A stretch of 64,000 nucleotides of DNA from an uncultured Verrucomicrobiaceae bacterium (lineage in GTDB: Bacteria; Pseudomonadota; Gammaproteobacteria; Pseudomonadales; CAMLJR01): positions 14,749 to 78,748 of the forward strand of contig CAZEVP010000001.1 of NCBI GenBank assembly GCA_964515735.1, written 5' to 3'. The position numbers were made by a program, and so were the translations under genes. The notes beneath the pieces were generated by a model. It was given only the letters and a program-made list of their open reading frames with translations. It was not told the DNA's origin and searched no databases. This document shows, piece by piece, positions 1 through 10,600 of the stretch; the stretch's first letter is position 1; each line of letters begins with the position of its first letter.

Positions 1-443
1 GGGCCGAGCTCGCGCCGCTGCAGCTTCTGCCAGTCGGCCTGAAGAGCCCGCGCCTGTTCGCGCAGCTCCTCGACCATCGGCACCCCCTGCTCGACGATGT
101 CCATCGTCCGGTCGGCCGATTTCTGCGTCAGGTTGATGACGTAGTCGAGGCGCTCCTGAGCGTTGCCCATCTTCGACATGTTGTCGTTCTCGAGACCGGC
201 CTTGCGGGTATCGATCTCGAAGTTGACGATCGCCTCGTGCAGGCCGCGCGTCAGCTTGCCGACCTCGCGGTAGATGCTGCGATCGCGAACCTCGTTGATG
301 TGCTGGATCACCTCGGTCGCACCGGGGAAATCGCCCTGTTCGAGCCGCTCCATCAGCACTGCGGCGCGCTGCTTGAGCTCATCGAACAGATCGTTCCCGG
401 ACAAGCTCGACTCCCTGGCGAGGAATTCATTACCACCCGTCAT
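1..443 (-). CDS. cheZ: Chemotaxis phosphatase CheZ, N-terminal ~147 codons (3' end lies beyond the window start)
   Basis: Own minus-strand translation from ATG at 443 (MTGGNEFLARESS...GKLTRGLHEAIVNFE...AQERLDYVINLTQKSADRTMDIVEQG...) stays open to position 1. It resembles the CheZ N-terminal region and lies directly downstream of cheY. It is absent from the ORF track because it is truncated. Confidence 0.75.
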   Translation of the reverse strand, partial: MTGGNEFLARESSLSGNDLFDELKQRAAVLMERLEQGDFPGATEVIQHINEVRDRSIYREVGKLTRGLHEAIVNFEIDTRKAGLENDNMSKMGNAQERLDYVINLTQKSADRTMDIVEQGVPMVEELREQARALQADWQKLQRRELG

Positions 444-485
444 TTCGGACTGCCCTCTGCAAGGCCTGTTATCGTTTCGGGCCGA

Positions 486-866
486 TCACTTGTTGGCGTC
501 GATGCGCTCGAAGATCTTGTCGATCTTCTCCTTGAGGACAGCGGCGGTGAAGGGTTTGACCACGTAGCCGTTCACACCGGCCTGCGCGGCCTCGATGATC
601 TGGTCGCGCTTGGCCTCGGCGGTGACCATCAGCACCGGCAGCGATTTCAGCCGGTCGTCGGCGCGCACCGCCTTGAGCAGGTCGATGCCGGTCATGCCGG
701 GCATGTTCCAGTCGGTGACGAGGAAATCGAAGTTGCCGCTTTGCAGCATCGGCAACGCGCTGTTGCCGTCGTCGGCCTCGGAGGTGTTGGTGAAGCCGAG
801 ATCACGCAGAAGATTCTTGATGATGCGCCTCATGGTCGAAAAATCATCGACGATGAGAATCTTCAT
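486..866 (-). CDS. cheY: Chemotaxis response regulator CheY (single receiver domain)
   Basis: The ORF 486..1019 contains [25 protein letters not shown]...[13 protein letters not shown]...[10 protein letters not shown]...GYVVKPFT. The ATG at 866 gives a canonical ~126-aa CheY; the upstream extension is arginine-rich and implausible. Confidence 0.95.
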   Translation of the reverse strand: MKILIVDDFSTMRRIIKNLLRDLGFTNTSEADDGNSALPMLQSGNFDFLVTDWNMPGMTGIDLLKAVRADDRLKSLPVLMVTAEAKRDQIIEAAQAGVNGYVVKPFTAAVLKEKIDKIFERIDANK

Positions 867-920
867 GTTCTTGTCCAAAGCAGCCTCCTGACAGTCGCCC
901 GCCGTCGCGGGCTCGATACA

Positions 921-1000
921 TCTTTTTGCAGATCGGTTTTTCGGATCAGTTTTCCGATCGGTTCTTCCGACCGTTTTTCGATCGCTCGTTTTTCGTACCG
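921..1000. repeat. Array of about six degenerate 12-15 bp tandem units (TCGG-T5-CCGA-like) with four GATC sites, in the fliA-cheY intergenic region
   Basis: Read directly: tctttttgcaga tcggtttttcgga tcagttttccga tcggttcttccga ccgtttttcga tcgctcgtttttcg. T-tracts begin near 923, 937, 950, 962, 974 and 989. Confidence 0.6.
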
Positions 1001-1107
1001 CGCTGGCCGGCGGAAACACAGCCGGGGCGGACGCATGCGCCCGGCCCCGTCAAAAAAGCACCCTTAGTCTAGTCGCAGATGGCATCCCGGCCAGTGCGTG
1101 AGAAACG

Positions 1108-1857
1108 CTAACGCGCCAGATCGTCGACGCTCCAGCCGCCGAGCTTGCCGCGCAGCCGCAGCGCCGCCTGACTGTGGATCTGGCTGACCCGGGACTCGCT
1201 GACGCCGAGCACCAGGCCGATCTCCTTCAGGTTCAGTTCGTCGCTGTAGTACAGCGACAGCACCAGCCGCTCGCGCTCCGGCAATTCGCCGATGGCGGCA
1301 GCGAGCTGGCGGCGCAGTACGTCGGCGTGCACGCCGCGCTCGGGCGACGGCTCGCTTCCGGCGATGAAATCATCGGCGCTGCCCTCCTCGCCGCCCAGTT
1401 CGTCGAGGCTGAACAGGCGGGTGCAGAGCGAATCCTGCGCCAGCGCGTGGTACTCCTCGATCGGCATGTCGAGCTCGGCCGCCACCTCGGTGTCGGACGG
1501 GTCGCGACCGAGCCGCTTGCCGAGCCGGATCATCGCCTCCTGCAGCTTGCGCGCGTTGCGATGCACCGAGCGCGGCGCCCAGTCGCCGCGCCGCACCTCG
1601 TCGATCATCGCGCCGCGGATGCGGATGCCGGCGAAGGTCTCGAAACTGGCTCCCTTGCCGGCGTCGTAGTTGCGCGACGCCTCCAGCAGGCCGATGACGC
1701 CGGCCTGCATCAGGTCGTCGAGCTGCACGCTGGACGGCAGCCGCGCCAGCAGATGGTGGGCGATGCGCTTGACCAGCGGTGTGTAGCGCTCGAGCAGCGC
1801 CTCCGGCGTCTCACCGCGCGCGGCGCCGTACATCGCCAGCGGTTTGGATGAGCTCAT
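1108..1857 (-). CDS. fliA: Flagellar sigma factor FliA (sigma-28)
   Basis: 249 aa. Sigma-70 region 2 (DDLMQAGVIGLLEASRNYD), region 3 and region 4 (LVLSLYYSDELNLKEIGLVLGVSESRVSQIHSQA). Located in the flhF-flhG-fliA context. Confidence 0.95.
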   Translation of the reverse strand: MSSSKPLAMYGAARGETPEALLERYTPLVKRIAHHLLARLPSSVQLDDLMQAGVIGLLEASRNYDAGKGASFETFAGIRIRGAMIDEVRRGDWAPRSVHRNARKLQEAMIRLGKRLGRDPSDTEVAAELDMPIEEYHALAQDSLCTRLFSLDELGGEEGSADDFIAGSEPSPERGVHADVLRRQLAAAIGELPERERLVLSLYYSDELNLKEIGLVLGVSESRVSQIHSQAALRLRGKLGGWSVDDLAR

Positions 1858-1866
1858 CGGTCTCGG

Positions 1867-2691
1867 TCACCCCGCCTCGTCGGTCTGCACCAACTGCTCG
1901 ACGAAGAATTCGAGGTGACCGCGCGGCGTCGACGCCAGCGGCCAGCGGTCGACCTTCTCGGCCAGCGCCTTGAACGCCAGTGCCGCCTTGCTGCGCGGCG
2001 CCGCCTCGACCACCGCCTTCTGGCGCTGGATCGCCTTGCGCATCGTCTCGTCGTGGGGAATGGCGCCGACGTACTGCAGTGTCACGTCGAGGAAACGGTC
2101 GGCGGCCTGGGTCAGCTTGTTGAAGAGCGCCTGCCCCTCCTGCAGCGAGCGCACCTGGTTGACCAGCACGCGGAAGCGGGTCATGCCGTAATCGCGATTG
2201 AGCAGCTTGACCAGCGCGTAGGCGTCGGTGATCGACGACGGCTCGTCGCAGACCACCAGCAGCACCTCCTGCGCGGCGCGCACGAAGCTGACCACCGAGT
2301 CGGAGATGCCGGCGGCGGTGTCGACGATCAGCACGTCGATCTGCTGGCTGATCTCGCTGAAGGCGTGGATCAGGCCGGCGTGCTCCTGCGGGCCGAGCTG
2401 CGCCATGCGCTGGGTGCCGGACGACGACGGAATGATGCGGATGCCGGCCGGCCCGGTGATCATCACGTCGAGCAGGTCGCAGCGGCCGAGCAGCACGTCT
2501 TCGAGCGTGCGCTTCGGCGTCAGGCCGAGCAGCACGTCGACGTTGGCCAGACCGAGGTCGGCATCGAGCAGCGCCACCCGCCGACCGAGCTGGGCCAGCG
2601 AGACGCTGAGGTTGATGGCGACGCTGGTCTTGCCGACACCGCCCTTTCCGCCGGTGACGGCGATCACTTGCACCGGGTGGGTACGACTCAT
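1867..2691 (-). CDS. flhG: MinD/ParA-type ATPase FlhG (FleN), flagellar number regulator
   Basis: 274 aa with deviant Walker A VIAVTGGKGGVGKTSVAINLS, located between flhF and fliA. Confidence 0.9.
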   Translation of the reverse strand: MSRTHPVQVIAVTGGKGGVGKTSVAINLSVSLAQLGRRVALLDADLGLANVDVLLGLTPKRTLEDVLLGRCDLLDVMITGPAGIRIIPSSSGTQRMAQLGPQEHAGLIHAFSEISQQIDVLIVDTAAGISDSVVSFVRAAQEVLLVVCDEPSSITDAYALVKLLNRDYGMTRFRVLVNQVRSLQEGQALFNKLTQAADRFLDVTLQYVGAIPHDETMRKAIQRQKAVVEAAPRSKAALAFKALAEKVDRWPLASTPRGHLEFFVEQLVQTDEAG

Positions 2692-2861
2692 GCGCGTGTG
2701 GACTCCTCGGCGCGGTTGAACGGGCGGTCGCGCGAACCGCCGGCGACCCGGCTGTCGCGCGACGGGGGGCGCACGACCGGCGCCGGACGAAAGTGCGCGT
2801 AATTGTAGACGCTTTATGACGATCGACCGGTCGTCATCGCAGCGCTATTCCGATTCCGCCA

Positions 2862-4076
2862 CTAACCGGCCATGGCGCCGGCGAACGAGGCCGCCAGCCG
2901 CGCTTCGTCGGCCTCGACCTGCCGCGCCAGCGCGATCGCCTGGCCGACCAGCTTTTTGGCGCTGGCCGGCGCCAGATCGTTCGGAATCGCCTGGCCGTTG
3001 GCGACGTAGGCCAGCGGCAGCCGGTTGGCGATCGACAGGCTCAGCACCTCGCCGACGCTGGCGGCCTCGTCGAGCTTGGTCAGCACGCAGCCGATCAGGT
3101 TGCCGGTGCGGTAGCAGCGGTGCGCCGCCTGCAGCACCTGTCGCTGGCTGTTGGCGGCCAATACCTGCAGCACCTGCAGGCGGTCGCCGAGCGCGTCGAG
3201 CGCGGCCAGCTGCTCCTTCAGTACCGGCGAGCTGGCACCGAGGCCGGCGGTATCGATCAGGACCAGTTTGCAGTGGCGGAGTTCATAAAGGACGTTGACC
3301 AGGTCCGCAGGCCGGTTGGCCACCTTGACCGGCACGTTGAGGATGCGGCCGAGCGTGCGCAGCTGCTCGTGGGCGCCGATGCGGAAGCTGTCGAGCGTCA
3401 CCAGCGCGACATCGGCGTTGCCGTGCGCCAGCACGTGGCGCGCCGCCAGCTTGCCGATGGTGGTGGTCTTGCCGACGCCGGTGGGGCCGACGAAGGCGAA
3501 CACTCCACCGCGCGCGACCGGGTCGTCGAGCACCGGCAGGCGCGCGGTCAGGCTCGACATCAGCCGCTGCCACTGTTCACGCGGCGGCAGCAGGCCGACC
3601 CTGGCGCGCGGGTCGTCGCCCTGCTCGGCCAGCAGCGCGTTGACGGTATCGGCGTCGAGACCGAGCCGCTGCAGCCGCCGCCACATCGCAGCATCGGCCG
3701 GGCGCTGCGCGCGGTACTGCTGCCACGCCAGCCCCGACAGCTGGTTCTCGATCAGGTCGCGCATCGAGCGCAGCTCCTGCTGCATCTGCCACCAGGCGGC
3801 ATCGCCACGCGCCGGCGCCGCGCGCTCGCCGGACAGCTCGGAGAAATCGTCGGCGGCCGGCGCGGCGGCGGGCTGGGCAATGGCAGCCGCCGCGGTCGGC
3901 GCGGCCGCGGCGGGCGCTACCGGCGCGGCCGGCGGCGGCACCGGCATCTCGGTGCTGGCCAGCAGCTCGATGCCGCCGGGCACGCGCCGGTTGGCCAGGA
4001 TCACCGCGTCGTCGCCGAGCTCCTCGCGCACCATGCGCAGCGCGGTACGCATGTCCGGGGCCACGAAATTCTTCAT
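2862..4076 (-). CDS. flhF: SRP-type GTPase FlhF, flagellar placement
   Basis: 404 aa. N-terminus MKNFVAPDMRTALRMVREELGDDAVIL, Ala/Pro-rich linker, G-domain FAFVGPTGVGKTTTIGKLAA...DTAG. Confidence 0.9.
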   Translation of the reverse strand: MKNFVAPDMRTALRMVREELGDDAVILANRRVPGGIELLASTEMPVPPPAAPVAPAAAAPTAAAAIAQPAAAPAADDFSELSGERAAPARGDAAWWQMQQELRSMRDLIENQLSGLAWQQYRAQRPADAAMWRRLQRLGLDADTVNALLAEQGDDPRARVGLLPPREQWQRLMSSLTARLPVLDDPVARGGVFAFVGPTGVGKTTTIGKLAARHVLAHGNADVALVTLDSFRIGAHEQLRTLGRILNVPVKVANRPADLVNVLYELRHCKLVLIDTAGLGASSPVLKEQLAALDALGDRLQVLQVLAANSQRQVLQAAHRCYRTGNLIGCVLTKLDEAASVGEVLSLSIANRLPLAYVANGQAIPNDLAPASAKKLVGQAIALARQVEADEARLAASFAGAMAG

Positions 4077-4089
4077 CGTTCTTCTCCCA

Positions 4090-6219
4090 TCAGCCGATCG
4101 ACGCTTCGATCGTCACCTGCTTGTCGTCCGGCACTTCGGTGTAGGCCAGCACGCTCATCTCACCGTTGACGTAGCGGCAGAAGCGCGCCAGCACCGCCCG
4201 CAGCGGCGCCGCCACCAGCAGCACGGCCGGCTTGCCGGCCATCTCCTGCTTCTGCGCCGCGTCGCGGATCGCCTGCTGCAGCCGCTCGGCCAGTCCCGGT
4301 TCGAGCACGATGTCGTCACCCTGACCGCTCTGCTGCGACTGCTGCAAAGCCTTGAGCAACATCTGTTCCATCGCCGGCGCCAGCGTGATGACTGGCAAAG
4401 TCTCTGTATTTCCAAAGATTTTCTGCACGATGATGCGGCTGAGAGCAGCCCGCACGACGGCGGTGAGCGCGACGGGATCTTGACTGCGACCGCCGACGCC
4501 GGCCAGCGCCGAGGCGATCGTGCGCAGGTCGCGGATCGGCACCCGCTCCACCAGCAGGTTCTTCAGCACCGTCAGCAGCGTATTCATCGACACGCTGCCC
4601 GGCACCAGATCCTCGACCAGCTTCGGCGACTGCTTGCCGAGCACCTGCAGCAGGTTCTGCACCTCGTCGTAGCCGAGCAGTTCGTGCACGTGTTTCAGCA
4701 GCAGCTGGTTCAGGTGGGTGGCGACGACGGTGCTGGCGTCGACCACGGTGTAGCCGAGCGTCTGCGCGTGGTCGCGCTGCGACGGCTCGATCCAGACCGC
4801 GTCGAGCCCGAACGCCGGGTCGCGCCCCTTGATGCCGTCGAGCTGGCCAAACACCTGCCCCGGGTTGATCGCCAGTTCGCGATCGGGATGGATCTCGCCC
4901 TCGCCGGCATTCACGCCGAGCACGGCGATGCGGTAGCCGTTCGGGCGCAGGTCGAGGTTGTCGCGGATGTGCACCGACGGCACCAGAAAACCGATCTCCT
5001 GCGACAGCCGTTTGCGGATGCCCTTGATGCGGCCGAGCAGCTCGCCGCCCTGCCCCTTGTCGACCAGCGGAATCAGCCGGTAGCCGACCTCGAGGCCGAC
5101 GGCGTCGACCGGCTGCACGTCGTCCCAGCCCAGCTCCGGCAGCTCCGGCGTCGCCGCCTTCTGCTGCGCCACCGCGGTCTGCGCCTGCGTCTCCTGCAGC
5201 TGCTGCACGGCGGTCTGCTGACGCTTTTTATTGATCGCCCAGGCACCGCCGCCGGCCGCCGCCGCCAGCCCGAGGAAGGCGACGTGCGGCATTCCCGGAA
5301 TCGCCCCCATCACGCCGAGCACGGCCGCGGTGATGGCCAGCGCCTTGGGCGAGTCGAACATCTGGTGGCGCACCTGCTCGCCCATGTCCTTCGAGCTGCT
5401 GACGCGCGTCACCATGATCGCCGCCGCCACCGACAGCAGCAGCGACGGAATCTGCGCCACCAGGCCGTCGCCGATGGTCAGCAGCGAGTAGATCTCGGTC
5501 GCCTGCGCGAAGGTGAGGCCGTGCTGCACCATGCCGATGGCGAAGCCGCCGATCAGCGTGACGATCATGATCAGGATGCCGGCGATGGCGTCGCCGCGGA
5601 CGAACTTGCTGGCGCCGTCCATCGAGCCGTAGAAGTCGGCCTCGGCGCCGACCTCCTCGCGCCGCGCGCGCGCCTGGTCCTGATCGACCAGACCGGCGTT
5701 GAGGTCGGCGTCGATCGCCATCTGCTTGCCCGGCATGGCGTCGAGGGTGAAGCGCGCCGACACCTCGGAGATGCGGCCGGCGCCCTTGGTGACGACGACG
5801 AAGTTGATGATGACGAGGATCAGAAAGACGACGATGCCGACCGCGTAGTTGCCGCCGATCACCACCGAACCGAAGGCGTGGATCACCTGCCCGGCTGCCT
5901 CCGGCCCGTCCTGACCGTGCAGCAGCACGACGCGGGTCGAGGCGATGTTCAGCGCCAGGCGCAGCAGCGTCGCCACCAGCAGCACGGTCGGGAACACGGC
6001 GAAATCGAGCGGCCGCAGCGCGTAAACCGCCACCAGCAGCACGACGATCGACAGCGCGATGTTGAACGTGAACAGCACGTCCAGCAGGAACGGCGGTATC
6101 GGCAGCGTCACCATGCCGAGCATCACCAGCACCAGGATCGGCACGCCGAGGTTGCCCTGCGTCAAGCTCTTGAGGGTGTCGCCCAGCGAACGGGGAGCGG
6201 CGGTGGTACTGGTGCTCAA
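4090..6219 (-). CDS. flhA: Flagellar type III export gate protein FlhA
   Basis: 709 aa. N-terminal multi-TM region with FHIPEP-like segment (RISEVSARFTLDAMPGKQMAIDADL) and a large cytoplasmic C-domain. Confidence 0.97.
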   Translation of the reverse strand: MSTSTTAAPRSLGDTLKSLTQGNLGVPILVLVMLGMVTLPIPPFLLDVLFTFNIALSIVVLLVAVYALRPLDFAVFPTVLLVATLLRLALNIASTRVVLLHGQDGPEAAGQVIHAFGSVVIGGNYAVGIVVFLILVIINFVVVTKGAGRISEVSARFTLDAMPGKQMAIDADLNAGLVDQDQARARREEVGAEADFYGSMDGASKFVRGDAIAGILIMIVTLIGGFAIGMVQHGLTFAQATEIYSLLTIGDGLVAQIPSLLLSVAAAIMVTRVSSSKDMGEQVRHQMFDSPKALAITAAVLGVMGAIPGMPHVAFLGLAAAAGGGAWAINKKRQQTAVQQLQETQAQTAVAQQKAATPELPELGWDDVQPVDAVGLEVGYRLIPLVDKGQGGELLGRIKGIRKRLSQEIGFLVPSVHIRDNLDLRPNGYRIAVLGVNAGEGEIHPDRELAINPGQVFGQLDGIKGRDPAFGLDAVWIEPSQRDHAQTLGYTVVDASTVVATHLNQLLLKHVHELLGYDEVQNLLQVLGKQSPKLVEDLVPGSVSMNTLLTVLKNLLVERVPIRDLRTIASALAGVGGRSQDPVALTAVVRAALSRIIVQKIFGNTETLPVITLAPAMEQMLLKALQQSQQSGQGDDIVLEPGLAERLQQAIRDAAQKQEMAGKPAVLLVAAPLRAVLARFCRYVNGEMSVLAYTEVPDDKQVTIEASIG

Positions 6220-6302
6220 GGGAGTGGTCTCCGGTCAACAAATTGTCGGCGCGAGCCTGTCGAAGCGGGCCATCGCAAGAACCGTTCCGATTTCGATCCG
6301 CA

Positions 6303-7457
6303 TCAATCCACCCGCTTGCCGCGCGCGTCGTAGCGCATCTCCGGCGGCAGCTCGATGTCGCCGAGCGGCTTCGGCCGCTTGCCTTGCCCGCCGCTGTAAG
6401 CCTTCAGCTGGAACACGTAGGCCAGCACCTGCGCCACGGCCAGATAGAGCGGGCCGGGAATCTCCTGATCGATGTCGGTGGTGTAGTAGATGGCGCGCGC
6501 CAGCGGCGGCGCCGGCAGCAGCTGCACGCCGTGGGCGTTGGCGATCTCGCGGATCTTCAGCGCCATCTGGTCGACGCCCTTGGCCACCACCTGCGGCGCG
6601 CCGCCGTTGGCGGGGTCATATTTCAGCGCCACCGAGAAGTGCTCGGGGTTGGTGATGACGACGTCGGCCTGCGGTACCGCCTCCATCATCCGGCGCCGCG
6701 CCATCTCGCGCTGCAGCTGGCGGATGCGGCTCTTGACCTCCGGCTTGCCGTCGGTCTCCTTCATCTCCTCGCGCACCTCCTGCATGCTCATCTTCAGCTT
6801 GCGTTTGTGCTCGAACATCTGCCACGGCACGTCGATGCCGGCGATCACCACCATGCCGAGGCTGACCGTCAGCACCGCCCAGCCGGCGGTCGACAGCGCA
6901 TCGGCGAAGGCCGGCTCCAGCGCCTGCTGCCCGAGCGCCAGCAGCTCGTCCTGCAGCGACAGCACGACGACGACGGCGATGCCGGCCAGCAGCACGAACT
7001 TGGCCACCGCCTTCAGCAGCTCGACCAGCGCGTGCATCGAGAACATCTTCTTCAGCCCCTGCAGCGGATTGATGCGGCTCCCCTTCGGCATCAGCGCCTT
7101 GCCGCTGAACAGCCAGCCGCCCATCGCCACCGGGCCGGCCAGCGCCGCCAGCATCAGCAGCCCCAGCAGCGGCAGCAGCGCCCACGCCGCCGCCAGCGCC
7201 GTCGTCAGCAGATGGGAGACCGCCAGGTTGGTGTCGAACGCCACCTCGCGCGACAGCGCGAAGTTGAAACGCATCTGGCCGAGCAGCGCGCGCGCCATCG
7301 AACCGCCGAACATCAGCAGCCCGCCGACGCCGCCCAGCAGCACGAACAGCGTCGCCAGCTCGCGCGAACGGGCGATCTGCCCCTCCTCCTTGGCCTTCTC
7401 CTGCTTTCGGGGAGTTGCCTCTTCTGTCTTTTCCTGACCCGATTCGCTCTCGGCCAC
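6303..7457 (-). CDS. flhB: Flagellar export switch protein FlhB
   Basis: Contains EKTEEATPRKQEKAKEEGQIARSRE and the autocleavage region ITNPEHFSVAL (NPxH-type, here NPEH). GTG at 7457 (VAESESGQEKTEE...) gives the usual N-terminus; the track ORF extends to 7535. Confidence 0.9.
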   Translation of the reverse strand: MAESESGQEKTEEATPRKQEKAKEEGQIARSRELATLFVLLGGVGGLLMFGGSMARALLGQMRFNFALSREVAFDTNLAVSHLLTTALAAAWALLPLLGLLMLAALAGPVAMGGWLFSGKALMPKGSRINPLQGLKKMFSMHALVELLKAVAKFVLLAGIAVVVVLSLQDELLALGQQALEPAFADALSTAGWAVLTVSLGMVVIAGIDVPWQMFEHKRKLKMSMQEVREEMKETDGKPEVKSRIRQLQREMARRRMMEAVPQADVVITNPEHFSVALKYDPANGGAPQVVAKGVDQMALKIREIANAHGVQLLPAPPLARAIYYTTDIDQEIPGPLYLAVAQVLAYVFQLKAYSGGQGKRPKPLGDIELPPEMRYDARGKRVD

Positions 7458-7659
7458 CGCCGCGCCTCCGATCCGATTCACCGACGCCGGAATATTGGCG
7501 CCACCTGACAATGACGGTGTCAGAGCAAGCGCCATGCCGGTGCTGTTTCGGTCGCGGCTCTGCGATTAGACTGCCGGGCTGATCGGCGCCGATCGCAGCG
7601 CCGGGCGATCCTCTTTGGAACCCTCTTCATCTGGAACGACGCAAGGGAGCTGTCCTGCG

Positions 7660-10600
7660 ATGGGAGCCGTACGTCGCCGTTGGCGCTGGGGTTGGTGGCT
7701 GACACTGGCCGTGCTGGCACTGCTGATCTGGGCGGTGATCCACGTCGGCCGCGAGGAGCTGGCCACCTCCAGATACCAGGCGCGCTACCTGACGCAGCTC
7801 GCCGCCGAACTGAAATTCCGGGTCGAGCCGGGGCCGAGCCCCGACATCCGTTTTCCGGTCGCCGGCCCCTACGATATTCGCCTCGGCTACAGCCGCATTC
7901 CGGAATTCGTCACCCGCCTCGAACAGAACCACTTCGAGGTGACGGCGCAGGCGCGCTGGTCGCCGCGGATGTGGGCGCTGTACGACATAGGCCTGTTCCC
8001 GATTTTCCGCGAGCGCCCGCAGAGCGGCCTCGACCTGCTCGACCGCAACGGCAACTCCCTGCACCACGCCCGCTACCCGGAGCGGGTCTACGACAACTTC
8101 GAGGCGGTGCCGTCAGTGCTGGTCGACGCGCTGCTGTTCATCGAGAACCGCGAGCTGCTCGACATGAGCGAGCCAAGCCGCAACCCGGCCGTGGAGTGGG
8201 ACCGCTTCGCCAAGGCGGCGGTGACGCAGCTGATGAAGCGCGTCAGCGACGACGGCGGCCGCGCCGGCGGCGGCTCGACGCTGGCGACGCAGATCGAGAA
8301 GTACCGCCACTCGCCCGATGGCCTGACCCGCACGCCGCAGGACAAGCTGCGGCAAATGGCCTCGGCGTCGATCCGCGCCTACATGAACGGCGAGGACACG
8401 CGCCCGGTGCGGCAGCAGCTGGTGGTCGACTACCTGAACACGGTGCCGATGGCGGCGCGGCGCGGCTACGGCGAGGTCAACGGCATCGGCGACGGCCTGT
8501 GGGCCTGGTACGGCCGTGACTTCGATCAGATCAACGCACTGCTGCGCGACCTCGGCAATGGCAGCGACAGCGACGGCGCCGTGCTGCGCGTCGACCTGCC
8601 GGACGCCGCACTGGCATTCAAACAGGCGCTGTCGCTGATCATCGCGCAGCGCCGCCCGGCCTGGTATCTGCACGAGGGCGAGCCGGCGCTGCGCGAACTG
8701 ACCGACAGCCACCTGCGCCTGCTGGCCGCCGCCGGCCGCATTCCGCAGGCGCTGCGCGACGCCGCGCTGCCGCTCGACCTGCAGCTGCAGCGCGAACTGA
8801 TCAAGTCGCCACCGGTGTCGTTCGTCGAGCGCAAGGCCGCCACCGCGATGCGCAACACGCTGGCCAACCTGCTCGGCGTCAACCAGCTCTACGCGCTGGA
8901 CCGGCTCGATCTGGTCGCGAGCAGCACGCTCGACAGCGACGTGCAGCGCGCCATCAGCCAGTTGCTGACCGCCGTCGCCACGCCGGAAGGCGCGCGCGCC
9001 GCCGGCCTCTACGGTCACCGGCTGCTGCGCAACGACAACGACCCGGCCAACCTGCAGATCAGCTTCACGCTGTACGAGCGCGCCGGCGACGCCAACCTGC
9101 TGCGCATTCAGGCCGACAACCAGGACCGCCCGTTCGACCTGAACCAGGGCGCCCGCCTCGACCTCGGCTCGACCGCCAAGCTGCGCACGCTGATCAGCTA
9201 TCTCGAAGCGATCGCCGGCCTGCACCGCCGCTACGCCGACATGAAGGCCGACGCATTGGCGGCACTGGAGATCCACGAGCGCGACGCACTGGCGCGCTGG
9301 ACCCGCGACTGGCTCGCCGCCAACCCCGGCGGCTCGCTGCGCGAAATTCTGGCGGCGGCGATGGAGCGGCCCTACTCGGCCAGCACCGCCGAAGTGTTCT
9401 ACACCGGCGGCGGCGTGCACCGCTTCGCCAACTTCGAACGCGCCGACGGCGCGCGCATCGTGTCGGTGCGCACCGCCTTCCACGAATCGATCAACCTGCC
9501 GTTCATCCGCATGATGCGCGACGTCGTCCGCCACCAGATGCTGACGCTGTCGGAGAACAACGCGCGGCTGCTGACCGACAGCAGCGACCCGCAGCGCCAG
9601 GATTACCTGGCCCGCTTCGCCGATCTCGAAGGGCGCAAATTCCTCGGCACCTTCTATCAGCGCTACCGCGGGCTGAGCCCGGCGCAGGCGCGCGACAAGC
9701 TGCTGCAGCGCGTGCGGCCGACGCCGCGGCGCGTCGCCACCGCCTATCGCAGCATCCTGCCGAACGCCCCGTTCGACGATTTCGCCGCCGCGCTGCGCGC
9801 GCGCCTGCCGGCCGACAAACCGCCGACCGCCGCCGATCTGCAGGCGCTGTACCGGCGCTACGCCATCGACCAGTTCTCGCTGAACGACCGCGGCTACATC
9901 GCCGGCATCCACCCGCTCGAACTGTGGCTGGTGGCGCAGCTGCAACAGGCGCCGCAGAGCACGCTGTCGGAGCTGATCAGCGCCAGCACCCATCAGCGCC
10001 AGGAGGTCTACTCCTGGCTGTTCAAGACCCGCCACAAACGCGCGCAGGACGTGCGCATCAGCAACCTGATCGAGCTCGAAGCGTTCCGCCAGATCCACCG
10101 CGACTGGCAGCGGCTCGGCTACCCGTTCAGCGAGCTGACCCCCTCCTACGCCGCCGCGCTCGGCGCCTCCGGCGACCGGCCGGCGGCGCTGGCCGAGCTG
10201 ATGGGCATCATCGTCAACGACGGCGTGCGGATGCCGGTCGACCGCATCGACCGGCTGTGGCTGGCGCGCGACACGCCCTACGAGACCCACCTCGAATATC
10301 GGCCGCCGGCCGGCGAGCGGGTGATGACGGCGGAAGTGGCCGAGGTCGCGCGGGAGGTGCTGTTCGGCGTCGTCGAGCAGGGCACCGCGCGCCGCATCAA
10401 CAACGCGCTGGTGCGCGGCGACGGCACGGTGATCCGCATCGGCGGCAAGACCGGCACCGGCGACCGCCGCATCGACCGCGTCGGCGCCGGCGGCCAGCGC
10501 ATCTCGTCGAAGGTGGTCGGCCGCTCCGCCACCTTCGTCTTCACGATCGGCGACCGCTTCTTCGGCACACTGACCACCTACGTGCCGGAGCAGCACGCCG

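Noticed and set aside
237-1067. 276-aa plus-strand ORF across cheZ, cheY and the intergenic repeat
   Set aside because: It overlaps two well-supported minus-strand genes and reads through the non-coding repeat array. No motif was found.
2816-2837. Palindrome atgacga-tcgaccgg-tcgtcat in the flhF-flhG spacer as a terminator
   Set aside because: It is a short stem with no U-tract, and it sits within an operon whose genes are normally co-transcribed. It may be incidental.
3295-6333. 1012-aa plus-strand ORF spanning flhF and flhA
   Set aside because: It is antisense to two genes with unmistakable FlhF/FlhA sequences. Its translation is Arg/Ala/Gly/His-rich low complexity, which is typical of stop-codon-poor antisense frames in high-GC DNA.
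7489-7503. Sigma-54-like promoter TGGCGC-N5-TTCC on the minus strand upstream of the flhB GTG
   Set aside because: The -12 element has C where the near-invariant G of the GC dinucleotide should be. It would also lie inside the gene if the longer flhB start is used. This is not enough to call.
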